From a virus (taxonomy: Duplodnaviria > Caudoviricetes): a stretch of 64,000 bases of DNA. The notes under the pieces are model-generated. The model searched no databases, was not told the DNA's origin, and saw only the letters and a program-made list of their open reading frames with translations. The stretch lies in IMG/VR virus record IMGVR_UViG_3300025392_000002; one strand, written 5' to 3'. Position 1 is the first letter of the stretch, and each line of letters starts with the position of its first letter. Shown here piece after piece: positions 20,096-29,532 of the stretch. The position numbers were made by a program, and so were the translations under genes.

Positions 20096-20427
20096 TGGGA
20101 ACTCTTAAACCTGGAGCAACTTATATACACGAACGAGTAGACAATGTAGTCTATTCTAGAGAATTTGGGTCCGATCCTAGCACTAGACAAGTAGTGGGTT
20201 GGGATTATAATCCTAATACACCTAGCTTCGATCCACGAAGTGATGGCCGAGGCTGGCCTGCTAATGATAATCGAACCAGCGACGGTCGTCCACTACACGA
20301 TCATATAATGGAAGATAAACTTTGGGGTGAAATTCGAAGAGAAGCAAAAACCAATGTGACTTTACAAAAAGCCTTAGATCGTGCTATAATGATATACAAA
20401 CTAAGCAAGGATAAACTTCGTGAGTGA
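20095..20427 (+). CDS. Hypothetical protein
   Basis: Translationally coupled 110-aa ORF. Confidence 0.65.
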   Translation: MGTLKPGATYIHERVDNVVYSREFGSDPSTRQVVGWDYNPNTPSFDPRSDGRGWPANDNRTSDGRPLHDHIMEDKLWGEIRREAKTNVTLQKALDRAIMIYKLSKDKLRE

Positions 20428-20899
20428 AAAGATTGAGCTGAAAGAAAAGCTAGCGGCAGTAGATCAAAACGTTCGAGAATTATGGGATGCAATGGATACC
20501 GATCAGCAAAAAGCTCTCAAGAATGAATTTTTTATACTTAACAGATATGTTAGTAGTGGCGGCACAACTGACAGAGAAATCCAAGAACATTTTGTATTGA
20601 CTGTTAACGAATACTTTAATAAAAACTGGAATTTATTACAAAAACATCCTAAACTTATGTGGATGTTATTGTGTATGTGTAGTTATAATGGCGAACGTGT
20701 ATTTTGGCATGAATGGATCGGACATAAAAAGAAAACTGGATCTAACAGTAAAAAGATTAAATTTTTAGAAGAATTATATCCAAACAAAAAACGTGATGAA
20801 GTTGAAATGCTTAGTCAGTTGATGACTGATAAAGAAATAAAAGATCTAGCACGTAAGTATGGAATGGATGAAGCTACGATTGCTAAGAAATTAAAATGA
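20420..20899 (+). CDS. Possible clamp-loader small subunit (gp62-like)
   Basis: FFILNRYVS...VNEYFN...HPKL...EWI pattern reminiscent of gp62; replication context. Confidence 0.4.
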   Translation: MSEKIELKEKLAAVDQNVRELWDAMDTDQQKALKNEFFILNRYVSSGGTTDREIQEHFVLTVNEYFNKNWNLLQKHPKLMWMLLCMCSYNGERVFWHEWIGHKKKTGSNSKKIKFLEELYPNKKRDEVEMLSQLMTDKEIKDLARKYGMDEATIAKKLK

Positions 20900-21588
20900 T
20901 GGCCTTGGTAAATCAACCTTATACTTGTGGGCATTGCGGCAAAGGGTTTATGCAAGAAAAAACCTTGTTTGTTCATGTATGTGAACAAAAACGCAGGCAC
21001 ATGGCACGTACAGAAAAACATGTTGTGCTAGGGTATGATACATATCAGAAATTTTATAAACAAGCACAACCCAACGGTAAAGATAAAACATATGAAGATT
21101 TTTGTAAAAGTCCTTATTATAACGCCTTTGTTAAGTTTGGCAGTTTTGTCAGCAATGTTAATCCTCTCTACCCGGACCAATTTATCGAGTGGATTGTTCG
21201 AAGCGGTGTTAAACTCGATCACTGGTGTAGAGACGAGCTCTACGAACAATATGTCCTCGAACTTATTAAAAGAGAACCAGTTGAAGTCGCACTAGAACGT
21301 AGCATTAGTCATATGTTAAGTTGGGGTAATGATAATACCGCAAGTTGGAATCATTACTTCCTTTATGTTAGTTTGAGTCGTGCTTGCTATGATATTAAAG
21401 ATGGTAAGATAAGTCCGTGGCTTGTTTTAAATAGTGCTAGTGGAAAAGCTATGTTACAAAAATTTAGTGACGAGCAATTAGCCCATGTACAAAATGTTAT
21501 AGATCCGCCGTTCTGGGTCAGCAAATTTAAAAAACTTCCTAATGATGTAGACTTGGTTAAACAAGTTGTAAAAGAGAGTAATATATAA
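20896..21588 (+). CDS. Hypothetical protein with N-terminal C2H-C zinc finger
   Basis: CGHCGKGF...LFVHVC. Confidence 0.65.
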   Translation: MMALVNQPYTCGHCGKGFMQEKTLFVHVCEQKRRHMARTEKHVVLGYDTYQKFYKQAQPNGKDKTYEDFCKSPYYNAFVKFGSFVSNVNPLYPDQFIEWIVRSGVKLDHWCRDELYEQYVLELIKREPVEVALERSISHMLSWGNDNTASWNHYFLYVSLSRACYDIKDGKISPWLVLNSASGKAMLQKFSDEQLAHVQNVIDPPFWVSKFKKLPNDVDLVKQVVKESNI

Positions 21589-22157
21589 TGCCAGATATTG
21601 ATATCGACTTTGCTGATAGAACTCATGCGCTAAGTATTTTAAAGCATGTTGATGCTACTATTGATACTTTTAAAAAACATAATACTGGAATATATTGTAC
21701 GTCTATCCCGTACAATCCAGTGACAGGTATGAGTACACTAGCTTATAAAGAAGCAGAGGATAGAGGATATTTTAAAATAGATTTTTTGAATGTAAGTGTT
21801 TATGAAGGCGTTAAAAATAGAGAACACTTGACTATACTAATGGAGACTGAACCTTTATGGGAGCTTTTACTGGAAGACGATTTCGTCAACAAACTCTTTC
21901 ACGTGAACGGGCACGGTTCTATATTGAGACAAATGAAACCTACGACGATAGAACAACTAGCTTCAGTATTGGCTATGATAAGGCCCGCGAAACGTCACTT
22001 GATTGGAAAGGATTGGAATACTGTAATGTCAGAGATTTGGGTCAGACCCGAAAACGATGAGTATTTCTTTAAGAAGGCACATGCCATTGCCTATGCACAC
22101 GTAATTGTAGTACAGATGAATTTAATTTGCGAACAACTAGCGAACTTTACGGACTAA
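21588..22157 (+). CDS. Minimal DNA polymerase III alpha (DnaE, C-family)-like protein
   Basis: PDIDIDF, KHNTGIY, FKIDFL, LAMIRP, FKKAHAIAYA DnaE motifs within 189 aa. Confidence 0.8.
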   Translation: MPDIDIDFADRTHALSILKHVDATIDTFKKHNTGIYCTSIPYNPVTGMSTLAYKEAEDRGYFKIDFLNVSVYEGVKNREHLTILMETEPLWELLLEDDFVNKLFHVNGHGSILRQMKPTTIEQLASVLAMIRPAKRHLIGKDWNTVMSEIWVRPENDEYFFKKAHAIAYAHVIVVQMNLICEQLANFTD

Positions 22158-22511
22158 CTGCACACTTTTTCTTTTGACCCGTTTCAGTGTAAGATTCATT
22201 AAATTAACTACTGGCCCAAGTATTACACGAGTATCTTTGCTATTAAATGTCTTAATAGCATAGGCAAATGGTCCTATAGAATCCCTACAAAAAATATTAA
22301 TAGGATATTGTCTGTTTGATTCCCACCACCAAATTTCGCCTATTTCCAAAAACTGGGTCTTTTCTTCAGGTGTTTTCAAGGCATTGAGATCGTAAAAGCT
22401 AGTTACAAACTGGTCTTGATTTATTATGATTCCTACATATTCATCAGTGCCGTAGTTTATGACGCTGATAAAGGGTAAGTTTTGTTCTATATTGTCTCTT
22501 AATTTTGCCAT
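22137..22511 (-). CDS. Hypothetical protein
   Basis: 124-aa ORF fills the gap; IWWWESNRQYPINIF. Confidence 0.7.
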   Translation of the reverse strand: MAKLRDNIEQNLPFISVINYGTDEYVGIIINQDQFVTSFYDLNALKTPEEKTQFLEIGEIWWWESNRQYPINIFCRDSIGPFAYAIKTFNSKDTRVILGPVVNLMNLTLKRVKRKSVQLVRKVR

Positions 22512-22536
22512 AAATACTATTAAAGGTCCTTGCCAA

Positions 22537-23403
22537 ATGCAAAAAATTCAAAGTTATTTATACCCCAATAGAATAATTCTACTAGCCGATTTGGCAGGCT
22601 TTACAACGGAGAACAAGATTGTGTATGCACGAACAGTAAAAATTTATCAAGGTGTCGATAATGTCATAGAGTTTGACATACAGAACGCCGACCAGAAGCG
22701 TCTCAACCTAATCACTTCTCCAAGTATCACTAACATTAAAATGAATGTCATGGATGCTAGCGGGAAAGCATTACCTAACAGCCCATATACAGTTACACCA
22801 AGCGCAACAGTTGGCGGTATAGGTACGGTAACCATACAAGCCGCTGACTTAACAGGCCTAAATAGCCAGTTCTTGAAGTATAGTGTAACTGCAACTAATA
22901 GTACTAACAATTCAATTCCTCTATATACTGATAGTAGATTCGGCGCAGTGGGCACTATGGAAGTTGTTGGAAGCGCAACACCAGTCACTAGAAAAAGTGT
23001 TGTCTATGACAGGTTTAGTGGAGAAATCAACTTCATGGGTAACGTGCTAAATCACTCTAGTGCTATCCCTGCAAAATTTTACGAAGCAGTTCCAACTACG
23101 GCAATGAATATAACTATTGCGGCTACCGGTTTAATTGCTACAATCAAAATTGAAGGTACTAGAGATAGTACACTTAGCGTAGAATCTTGGAAGAATCCAG
23201 TTGTCATGTACCCAGATTTAACTTCTACGGCACAAGCACCGTTAACCAATTCAGCATTAGTAATTGCACTTACCAATATAGATCCAATGGTCAATTATAT
23301 TAGAGTCACATGGGTTTATCCAGATGTTTGGCAATATGGAAGTCAGCAAAACCCAACTTTGGTATATGGAAGCCTTGACAAAATCACGGTAAGTTATGTA
23401 TAA
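22537..23403 (+). CDS. Hypothetical beta-rich late (virion) protein
   Basis: Start MQKIQ after TAAATA (22511) and AAAGG; Thr/Ser-rich. Confidence 0.6.
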   Translation: MQKIQSYLYPNRIILLADLAGFTTENKIVYARTVKIYQGVDNVIEFDIQNADQKRLNLITSPSITNIKMNVMDASGKALPNSPYTVTPSATVGGIGTVTIQAADLTGLNSQFLKYSVTATNSTNNSIPLYTDSRFGAVGTMEVVGSATPVTRKSVVYDRFSGEINFMGNVLNHSSAIPAKFYEAVPTTAMNITIAATGLIATIKIEGTRDSTLSVESWKNPVVMYPDLTSTAQAPLTNSALVIALTNIDPMVNYIRVTWVYPDVWQYGSQQNPTLVYGSLDKITVSYV

Positions 23404-23409
23404 TTAGGC

Positions 23410-24393
23410 ATGAGCCTAATCTCGGATACACTACTACAATATCTACCCGGAAAGCGTAAACAAACCCCAAGTGGTTGGATTAGCTTCAATGCGGTTTGTT
23501 GTGATGACAAGAGGCAACGTGGCGGATTTATTGTCAATGCTGGCGATGCAGTAAGTTATCATTGTTTTAACTGCGGGTTCAAATGTAGTTGGCAACCGGG
23601 TAGACATATCAGTAAAAATATGAATAAATTCATGCGGGATCTAAATATTCCGGATGATGCTATTGGACAGTTACGGTTAGAAGCCTTACGACTTGATGAT
23701 AACAATACAACAGAAGTTCGTAATATAATTCCAAAATTTGATGTTCGTGCTTTGCCATTAGAAAGCGAACTATTATCTAGTTTATTAGACAACCCTCCAG
23801 AAAAACTTATACCTGTATTAGAATACATGGTGAATAGAAAACTTTTTCCTGAAGATTTTCCTTTCTACTGGACGCCTAAAGTTGGATTTAGTAACAGACT
23901 TATTATTCCATTCATTTATAAAGATGAGATTGTTGGCTGGACTGCCCGTGCTATAAATGATGCCAAACCTAAATATCTATCCGAGCAACAACCAGGCTAT
24001 GTTTTTAATTTAGACCGTCAACAGGACGACAGAGAGTTCGTTATTGTCAGTGAAGGCCCGTTTGATGCGCTAAGTATTGATGGATGTGCATTACTAGGTG
24101 CAGAAATTAAAGATAGTCAAAATTGGCTACTCAAGCAACTAGGTAAAGAGATTGTACTCGTTCCAGATAGGGATCACGAAGGCCCACGCACTGTTGAACA
24201 AGCAATAGAATATGGATGGTCTGTAAGTATGCCAGACTGGCCAGAAGGTGTTAAGGACATTAATGACGCCGTAATTAAATTAGGAAGATTGGCAACGTTG
24301 TACTTAATTGTATCATCAAAAGAATCTAACAGTCTAAAGATACAACTACGAGCCAAGAAATGGTTTAAGGAAGAATATGAAAAAATTGATTGA
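23410..24393 (+). CDS. DNA primase (gp61/DnaG-like)
   Basis: Zn ribbon CC...HCFNC, RLIIPF, GWTAR, TOPRIM EGPFDA and PDRD, KDIND; TTGACA..TATAAT directly upstream. Confidence 0.9.
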   Translation: MSLISDTLLQYLPGKRKQTPSGWISFNAVCCDDKRQRGGFIVNAGDAVSYHCFNCGFKCSWQPGRHISKNMNKFMRDLNIPDDAIGQLRLEALRLDDNNTTEVRNIIPKFDVRALPLESELLSSLLDNPPEKLIPVLEYMVNRKLFPEDFPFYWTPKVGFSNRLIIPFIYKDEIVGWTARAINDAKPKYLSEQQPGYVFNLDRQQDDREFVIVSEGPFDALSIDGCALLGAEIKDSQNWLLKQLGKEIVLVPDRDHEGPRTVEQAIEYGWSVSMPDWPEGVKDINDAVIKLGRLATLYLIVSSKESNSLKIQLRAKKWFKEEYEKID

Positions 24394-24490
24394 TTTTATT
24401 TTGAAACCATGGCACTGGTACAAAAGCCGCCAAGAATTTAAACGTCGAATGGAAGAATTACGGAAACGTGATCCTTTTATCTACAAATGA
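24377..24490 (+). CDS. 37-aa hypothetical protein (MKKLIDF...LRKRDPFIYK)
   Basis: Bridges primase and carbamoyltransferase with overlapping start and stop; SD AAGGA. Confidence 0.55.
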   Translation: MKKLIDFILKPWHWYKSRQEFKRRMEELRKRDPFIYK

Positions 24491-25974
24491 TTAGTTGGGG
24501 GATATCGGCAAACAGTCATGATGCGGCAATAGCTGTATTTGCTGATGAAAAACTAGTATTTGCCAGCCATAGTGAAAGATACAGCGGTATTAAAAACGAT
24601 AGAGATCTGTGTAGAGAATTAGTTGCAGATGCCAAAAAGTTTGGATACCCTGACAAAATCTATTGGTATGAAAAGCCTTTTAAAAAAACTCTTCGACAGT
24701 TATTTGCAGGGCAAGGTTGGAAACGTCGTGATAACGATATTGAAATCTATATGGCTAGATACGAAATTGACGCACCTATTACCTATGTTGATCACCATCG
24801 TAGTCATGCCGCGGCAGGATTTTATACAAGTCCTTTTGAAACTGCTTGTATAGTTGTAATAGATGCTATCGGTGAATTTACCACATATAGTTTGTGGTCA
24901 GGAGTGGGTAAAGAATTACATTTGATTGATAGCATAGGATTTCCTGACAGTTTAGGACTATTCTATTCGGCCATGACTCAGCGTGTAGGACTAACACCCA
25001 ACGAGGATGAATATATTCTTATGGGAATGGCCGCATACGGTGACCCATCTCGATTAACTAAGAGTTTACTGGATGATTTTGTAAAATTACCAAATAATGA
25101 TTGGAACAGGCCCTATCAAATAAAACAAAATTTACACAGGGGATGCCGAGACTGGAGACCAGATCTAACAGTGTCCGATAGCTTTGATATTGCAGCCGCA
25201 ACCCAGCAAGTGTATGAAATGGCATTTGAAAGAATATTGTATCAAGCCTCTCAAGAAGTGGATCTAACCAATAATTTAGTTTTGATGGGCGGGTGTGCTC
25301 TTAATTGTAGTGCTAACAGATTGACCGGAAAGTATTTTAAAAATACTTGGATATATCCTAATCCTGGAGATGCTGGCAGTGCCATAGGTGCTGTATTAGC
25401 AAAAAATCCAGATTGGAAAGATTATACAGACTGGTCCAATATATTTCTAGGCTATGACATGGGATATCGTTCTTCAAATGAAGATATTGTATCCTACTTG
25501 GAAGAAAATAAAATCTGCGGAGTTGCCCGTGGAAGAGCAGAGTTTGGACCACGTGCCTTAGGTAATAGAAGTTTATTAGCAGATCCACGTGGTAAAGATA
25601 TAAAGGATAGAGTAAATGCAATTAAACAACGACAAGAATTTAGACCTTTTGCACCAGCAATACTCGAAGAACATGTTGACACGTACTTTGATATGCCTCA
25701 CGGTTGGGATAATAGTAGGTTTATGCAAGTGGTCGCTCGTTGCAGGACTCCTGAGTTATTTCCTGCTATCATACATCGTGACGGAACATCTCGTGTTCAA
25801 ACTGTACCGAACGATGGTAGGCCATTTAGAAAACTCTTAGAACTTTGGTATAAAGAAACTGGATGTCCAATATTGCTCAATACCAGTCTAAATATCAAAG
25901 GCAAACCTATGGTAAACAATCATGCAGATGCAAGAAACTTTGAACGCCATTACGGTGTTAAAGTGTTTAATTAA
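24487..25974 (+). CDS. Carbamoyltransferase (NodU/CmcH/TobZ family)
   Basis: HDAA, ERYS, HHRSHAA, DAIGE, MGMAAYG, GGCALN, EFGPRALGNRS, FRPFAP, NTSLN. Confidence 0.93.
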   Translation: MISWGISANSHDAAIAVFADEKLVFASHSERYSGIKNDRDLCRELVADAKKFGYPDKIYWYEKPFKKTLRQLFAGQGWKRRDNDIEIYMARYEIDAPITYVDHHRSHAAAGFYTSPFETACIVVIDAIGEFTTYSLWSGVGKELHLIDSIGFPDSLGLFYSAMTQRVGLTPNEDEYILMGMAAYGDPSRLTKSLLDDFVKLPNNDWNRPYQIKQNLHRGCRDWRPDLTVSDSFDIAAATQQVYEMAFERILYQASQEVDLTNNLVLMGGCALNCSANRLTGKYFKNTWIYPNPGDAGSAIGAVLAKNPDWKDYTDWSNIFLGYDMGYRSSNEDIVSYLEENKICGVARGRAEFGPRALGNRSLLADPRGKDIKDRVNAIKQRQEFRPFAPAILEEHVDTYFDMPHGWDNSRFMQVVARCRTPELFPAIIHRDGTSRVQTVPNDGRPFRKLLELWYKETGCPILLNTSLNIKGKPMVNNHADARNFERHYGVKVFN

Positions 25975-25989
25975 AGTGTATAATACAGT

Positions 25990-27438
25990 ATGAGTGAATA
26001 TAATAAAGATAAAGATAACAAAGCAAGACAGAACGTAGACTATGGCTACGATATCCAGCGTGTATATTTAGAAATGATGTTGGCAGATGCTGGCACATTT
26101 GTACGATGTCAAAGCATTTTTGATAGTACATTATTTGATAGAAAACTGCAAGATGCGGCGGCATATTTGACTAATTTTGTCACAGAGAACAATGCATTGC
26201 CTACTCCTGAAATCTTAAATGCGGCAACTGGTGCAAACTTAAAGCCAGCAGAGAATCTACGTGATGAACATTTTGAATGGCTAATGAATGACTTTGAAAC
26301 ATTTACTAGACACAAAGGACTAGAGCGAGCAATCCTTGAAAGTGCCGACTTATTGGAAAAAGGCGAGTATGGTCCGGTAGAAGAAAAGATTAAAAAAGCA
26401 GTTCAAGTAGGCTTGCAACGTGACATGGGTACAGATTATTTTGAAGACCCGAGGGCACGTCTCATGCGTATTAAAGATAAGAACGGGCAAATTTCAACAG
26501 GATGGAAAAGCATCGACGATAAACTTTACGGTGGTTTCAATCGTGGCGAGCTTAACATATGGGCTGGTGGGTCTGGTGCTGGAAAATCTTTGTTTCTTGC
26601 TAATCTTGGGGTCAATTATGCTACTGCTGGACTCAATGTACTATATCTAACATTAGAACTTAGTGAAGAACTAGTGAGTATGCGTGTGGATAGTATGCTC
26701 ACAGGAATCCCTGCAAGAGAGATTTTTAAGAGCATCGATGATGTGGAAATGAAAGTTAAAATGATTGGTAAGAAATCTGGTCAATTCCAGGTCAAGTACA
26801 TGCCAAGTGGTAAGACAGCAAATGATGTTCGTGCTTACATGAAAGAGTATGAAATCAAAATGGGTCGTAAGATTGATGTATTGCTACTGGATTATATGGA
26901 CTTGATTATGCCAGTGAGCAAGCGTATTAGTGCTGAAAACTTGTTTGTTAAGGACAAGTATGTATCGGAAGAATTGCGTAATTTGGCGGTAGAAAAGAAC
27001 TGTGTGTTTGTTACTGCGGCACAGTTGAATCGTGGAGCAGTTGAAGAAGTTGAGTTTGACCACAGTCATATTTCAGGCGGATTAAGTAAGATTCAGACAG
27101 CTGATAATGTGTTTGGTATCTTCACTAGTCGTGCTATGCGTGAGCGTGGACGCTATCAAATCCAGCTAATGAAGACACGTTCTAGCAGTGGTGTTGGTAT
27201 GAAGATTGATTTGGAATTTAATATTGATACACTACGCATCAGCGACTTGGATGAACAAGATGGTTACGGAAGCGGAAGTCCAAGTGCAGGGTCTACATTG
27301 TTGAATAGTATCAAACAACGACAAACTGTAGCAGAAAATCCTGCCGATGGAGCATCGTTACCTAAGGTCAGGGCTCAAGTTGAAAGTACAAAACTTAGAG
27401 AATTATTAAACAATTTACCTGGAGATGACCTGGTGTAA
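25990..27438 (+). CDS. gp41: Replicative DnaB-family helicase (gp41-like)
   Basis: GGSGAGKS, YLTLELSE, LDYMDL, TAAQLNR, MKTRSS. Confidence 0.92.
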   Translation: MSEYNKDKDNKARQNVDYGYDIQRVYLEMMLADAGTFVRCQSIFDSTLFDRKLQDAAAYLTNFVTENNALPTPEILNAATGANLKPAENLRDEHFEWLMNDFETFTRHKGLERAILESADLLEKGEYGPVEEKIKKAVQVGLQRDMGTDYFEDPRARLMRIKDKNGQISTGWKSIDDKLYGGFNRGELNIWAGGSGAGKSLFLANLGVNYATAGLNVLYLTLELSEELVSMRVDSMLTGIPAREIFKSIDDVEMKVKMIGKKSGQFQVKYMPSGKTANDVRAYMKEYEIKMGRKIDVLLLDYMDLIMPVSKRISAENLFVKDKYVSEELRNLAVEKNCVFVTAAQLNRGAVEEVEFDHSHISGGLSKIQTADNVFGIFTSRAMRERGRYQIQLMKTRSSSGVGMKIDLEFNIDTLRISDLDEQDGYGSGSPSAGSTLLNSIKQRQTVAENPADGASLPKVRAQVESTKLRELLNNLPGDDLV

Positions 27439-27502
27439 TCTAGTTGCAATATGATTTATAAGGTATTATAATAAATACGTATATAACACCGGATAGCGAA
27501 TC

Positions 27503-27946
27503 ATGGAACTACACCACATCAGAGATATTACCGATCCATTAGTAAGGATCATAAAAGACGATCCTGTACGACCACACATTCCACTTGAACAACGCATCAA
27601 TGATGCCGCTGAAATACTAATCCTAAAAGCAGGAGAGGAAGTTTTAGCGGCAACTTGTATGCAATGGTCGAGCTCTGTTCCAGAAAACGAAACAGACCTA
27701 ATTGAAATGGGTAAAGACAAACGAGTAGCAGTTTTTTATACTATCTGGAGTTACAAGCCAGGCGCCGGTGCAAGTTTGTTAAAACAAGCGGCGGAGTGGC
27801 TAAAACAAGAATACACAGATATTACAGGTATAGTTACATTGAGCCCACAAACAGAAATGGCCCGTAGATTTCATCTAAAAAACGGCGCTAAAGTACGCAA
27901 AGAGAACGCTACTAGCGTAAATTACGAGTACTACTTCAAAGAGTAA
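27503..27946 (+). CDS. GNAT-like hypothetical protein
   Basis: VFYTIWSYKPGAGASLL...TLSPQTEMARRFHLKNGA. Confidence 0.5.
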   Translation: MELHHIRDITDPLVRIIKDDPVRPHIPLEQRINDAAEILILKAGEEVLAATCMQWSSSVPENETDLIEMGKDKRVAVFYTIWSYKPGAGASLLKQAAEWLKQEYTDITGIVTLSPQTEMARRFHLKNGAKVRKENATSVNYEYYFKE

Positions 27947-27983
27947 AAACGGTTAAATACTAGTTATAAAGGACTGGTATTCC

Positions 27984-28481
27984 ATGAGTAAATCCGTACA
28001 TAGCGTAAAATTACAAGCATACGATAGCGTTGACTTAGATAGGTTAAGTTATAGCAATGGCGATCTAGTATATGATTTAACCAATAGTACAATTAGGTTA
28101 ATGGACGGAACTAGCCAAGGCGGTAAGAAACTAGCCACGCAACTATGGACTACTTCTCAACTAGCTAGTTATGTTACAAACTCTAGCCTAACAACTACAT
28201 TAAATTCCTATGTAACTACTACTAGTTTGACAACAGCATTAAATGGGTACGCAACTAGCGCCAGTTTGACAACGGCATTAGCTTCGACTGTAACTACCGA
28301 TAGTCTAACAACAACTCTAGCAAATTATGCGACTACAGCATCAGATGCATTGAAGGCGCCGCTAGCAAGTCCAACATTTACTGGAACTGTTACGGCTGCT
28401 ACTATCTCTGCAACAAAAATACTAGTAGGCGGTACAGATATAAAAGCTCTGGCGTTAGCCATGGGCGTGGCCTTGGGCTAA
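27984..28481 (+). CDS. Short fibre-like virion protein with 13-aa repeats
   Basis: LxxYxTxxSLTTx repeats, KAPLASPTFTGT fibre motif. Confidence 0.7.
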   Translation: MSKSVHSVKLQAYDSVDLDRLSYSNGDLVYDLTNSTIRLMDGTSQGGKKLATQLWTTSQLASYVTNSSLTTTLNSYVTTTSLTTALNGYATSASLTTALASTVTTDSLTTTLANYATTASDALKAPLASPTFTGTVTAATISATKILVGGTDIKALALAMGVALG

Positions 28482-28510
28482 CACGATAAATATGTAATCA
28501 AGGGGCGAAC

Positions 28511-28729
28511 ATGTCAGTAACAATCAAACTACGTAGAGACACAGCGGCAAAATGGGCTAGCGTTAATCCTATTTTATCTGCCGGTGAGCCGGGATTTGAA
28601 ACTGATACACTTAAAGTGAAATACGGCGATGGAGTTAATACATGGAATAGTTTATCATATGCCAGTTCTCCTAGTGTTACAAACAATATCAAAGCTCTTG
28701 CTATTGCAATGAGTGTAGCAGTAAGTTAA
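28511..28729 (+). CDS. 72-aa protein consisting of an Mtd-N/hyaluronidase-N-like domain
   Basis: IKLRRDTAAKWASVNPILSAGEPGFETDTLKVKYGDG. Confidence 0.75.
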   Translation: MSVTIKLRRDTAAKWASVNPILSAGEPGFETDTLKVKYGDGVNTWNSLSYASSPSVTNNIKALAIAMSVAVS

Positions 28730-28747
28730 GGGTACTAAGAATATAAT

Positions 28748-29503
28748 ATGTCAGCACAAATTAAATTAAGACGAGATACAGCCGCTAATTGGACAAGTGT
28801 AAATCCAATATTAGCTACAGGCGAACCTGGTTTAGAAACTGACACGCTTAAATTAAAATACGGAGACGGTGTAAATCGTTGGAACGCTCTCAGCTATCCT
28901 ACTGTACTACTTCCTACAACAATACCAAATGCTACAACAGCTACAAACGTAGCTAGCGGAACTAGTAATCAATTATTAGTACAAATTGCGCCGGGAACCA
29001 CTGGATTTATAACAGCGCCAACTATTCCAGGTTTCTTACAATGGACTGGTAGTAGCTTTACGTGGTCTAGTACTAGTACAGTTGCCGCGGCGCAAACTCT
29101 AACTGGATCTATTTTAGCACCCAATGTTACAACAGCCGCGGGATTAATTACAATAGGAACTACTAGTGTATTAACTACAATGCCTGGTAATTTAGCTGTT
29201 ACCGGCACTACTGGGTTAACTGGAAATGTTACTATCACTGGAACCAGCACACTTAACAATTCTTTAACAGTATCCACTGGTGGTATCGGAGTAACTGCTG
29301 GCGGATTAACTGTAACTGCTGGCGGTGCAACTATAACTGCTGGTGGAATTACTGTAACTGCTGGTGGAATTACCGTTACTGGAACTTCATCGATTACAGG
29401 AAATACTACAATCACTGGTACAGCAAACGTGGTAGGATCTTTAAAGATTAAAGGTGTTGATTTTAAAGGTTTTGCCATAGCACTAGCAACGGCTATGGCC
29501 TAA
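28748..29503 (+). CDS. Fibre protein with Mtd-N-like domain and TAGGxTV repeats
   Basis: IKLRRDTAANWTSVNPILATGEPGLETDT; 21-bp tandem repeats near 29275-29380. Confidence 0.75.
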   Translation: MSAQIKLRRDTAANWTSVNPILATGEPGLETDTLKLKYGDGVNRWNALSYPTVLLPTTIPNATTATNVASGTSNQLLVQIAPGTTGFITAPTIPGFLQWTGSSFTWSSTSTVAAAQTLTGSILAPNVTTAAGLITIGTTSVLTTMPGNLAVTGTTGLTGNVTITGTSTLNNSLTVSTGGIGVTAGGLTVTAGGATITAGGITVTAGGITVTGTSSITGNTTITGTANVVGSLKIKGVDFKGFAIALATAMA

Positions 29504-29532
29504 CAGATAAATAAAAGATAATGGAGATTTAA

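Noticed and set aside
29275-29380. 21-bp tandem repeat as a regulatory or contingency locus
   Set aside because: Explained by in-frame TAGGxTV fibre-shaft repeats.
28511-29503. Diversity-generating retroelement suggested by Mtd-N-like domains
   Set aside because: No reverse transcriptase and no adenine-specific TR/VR pair; the duplicated part is the N-terminal domain.
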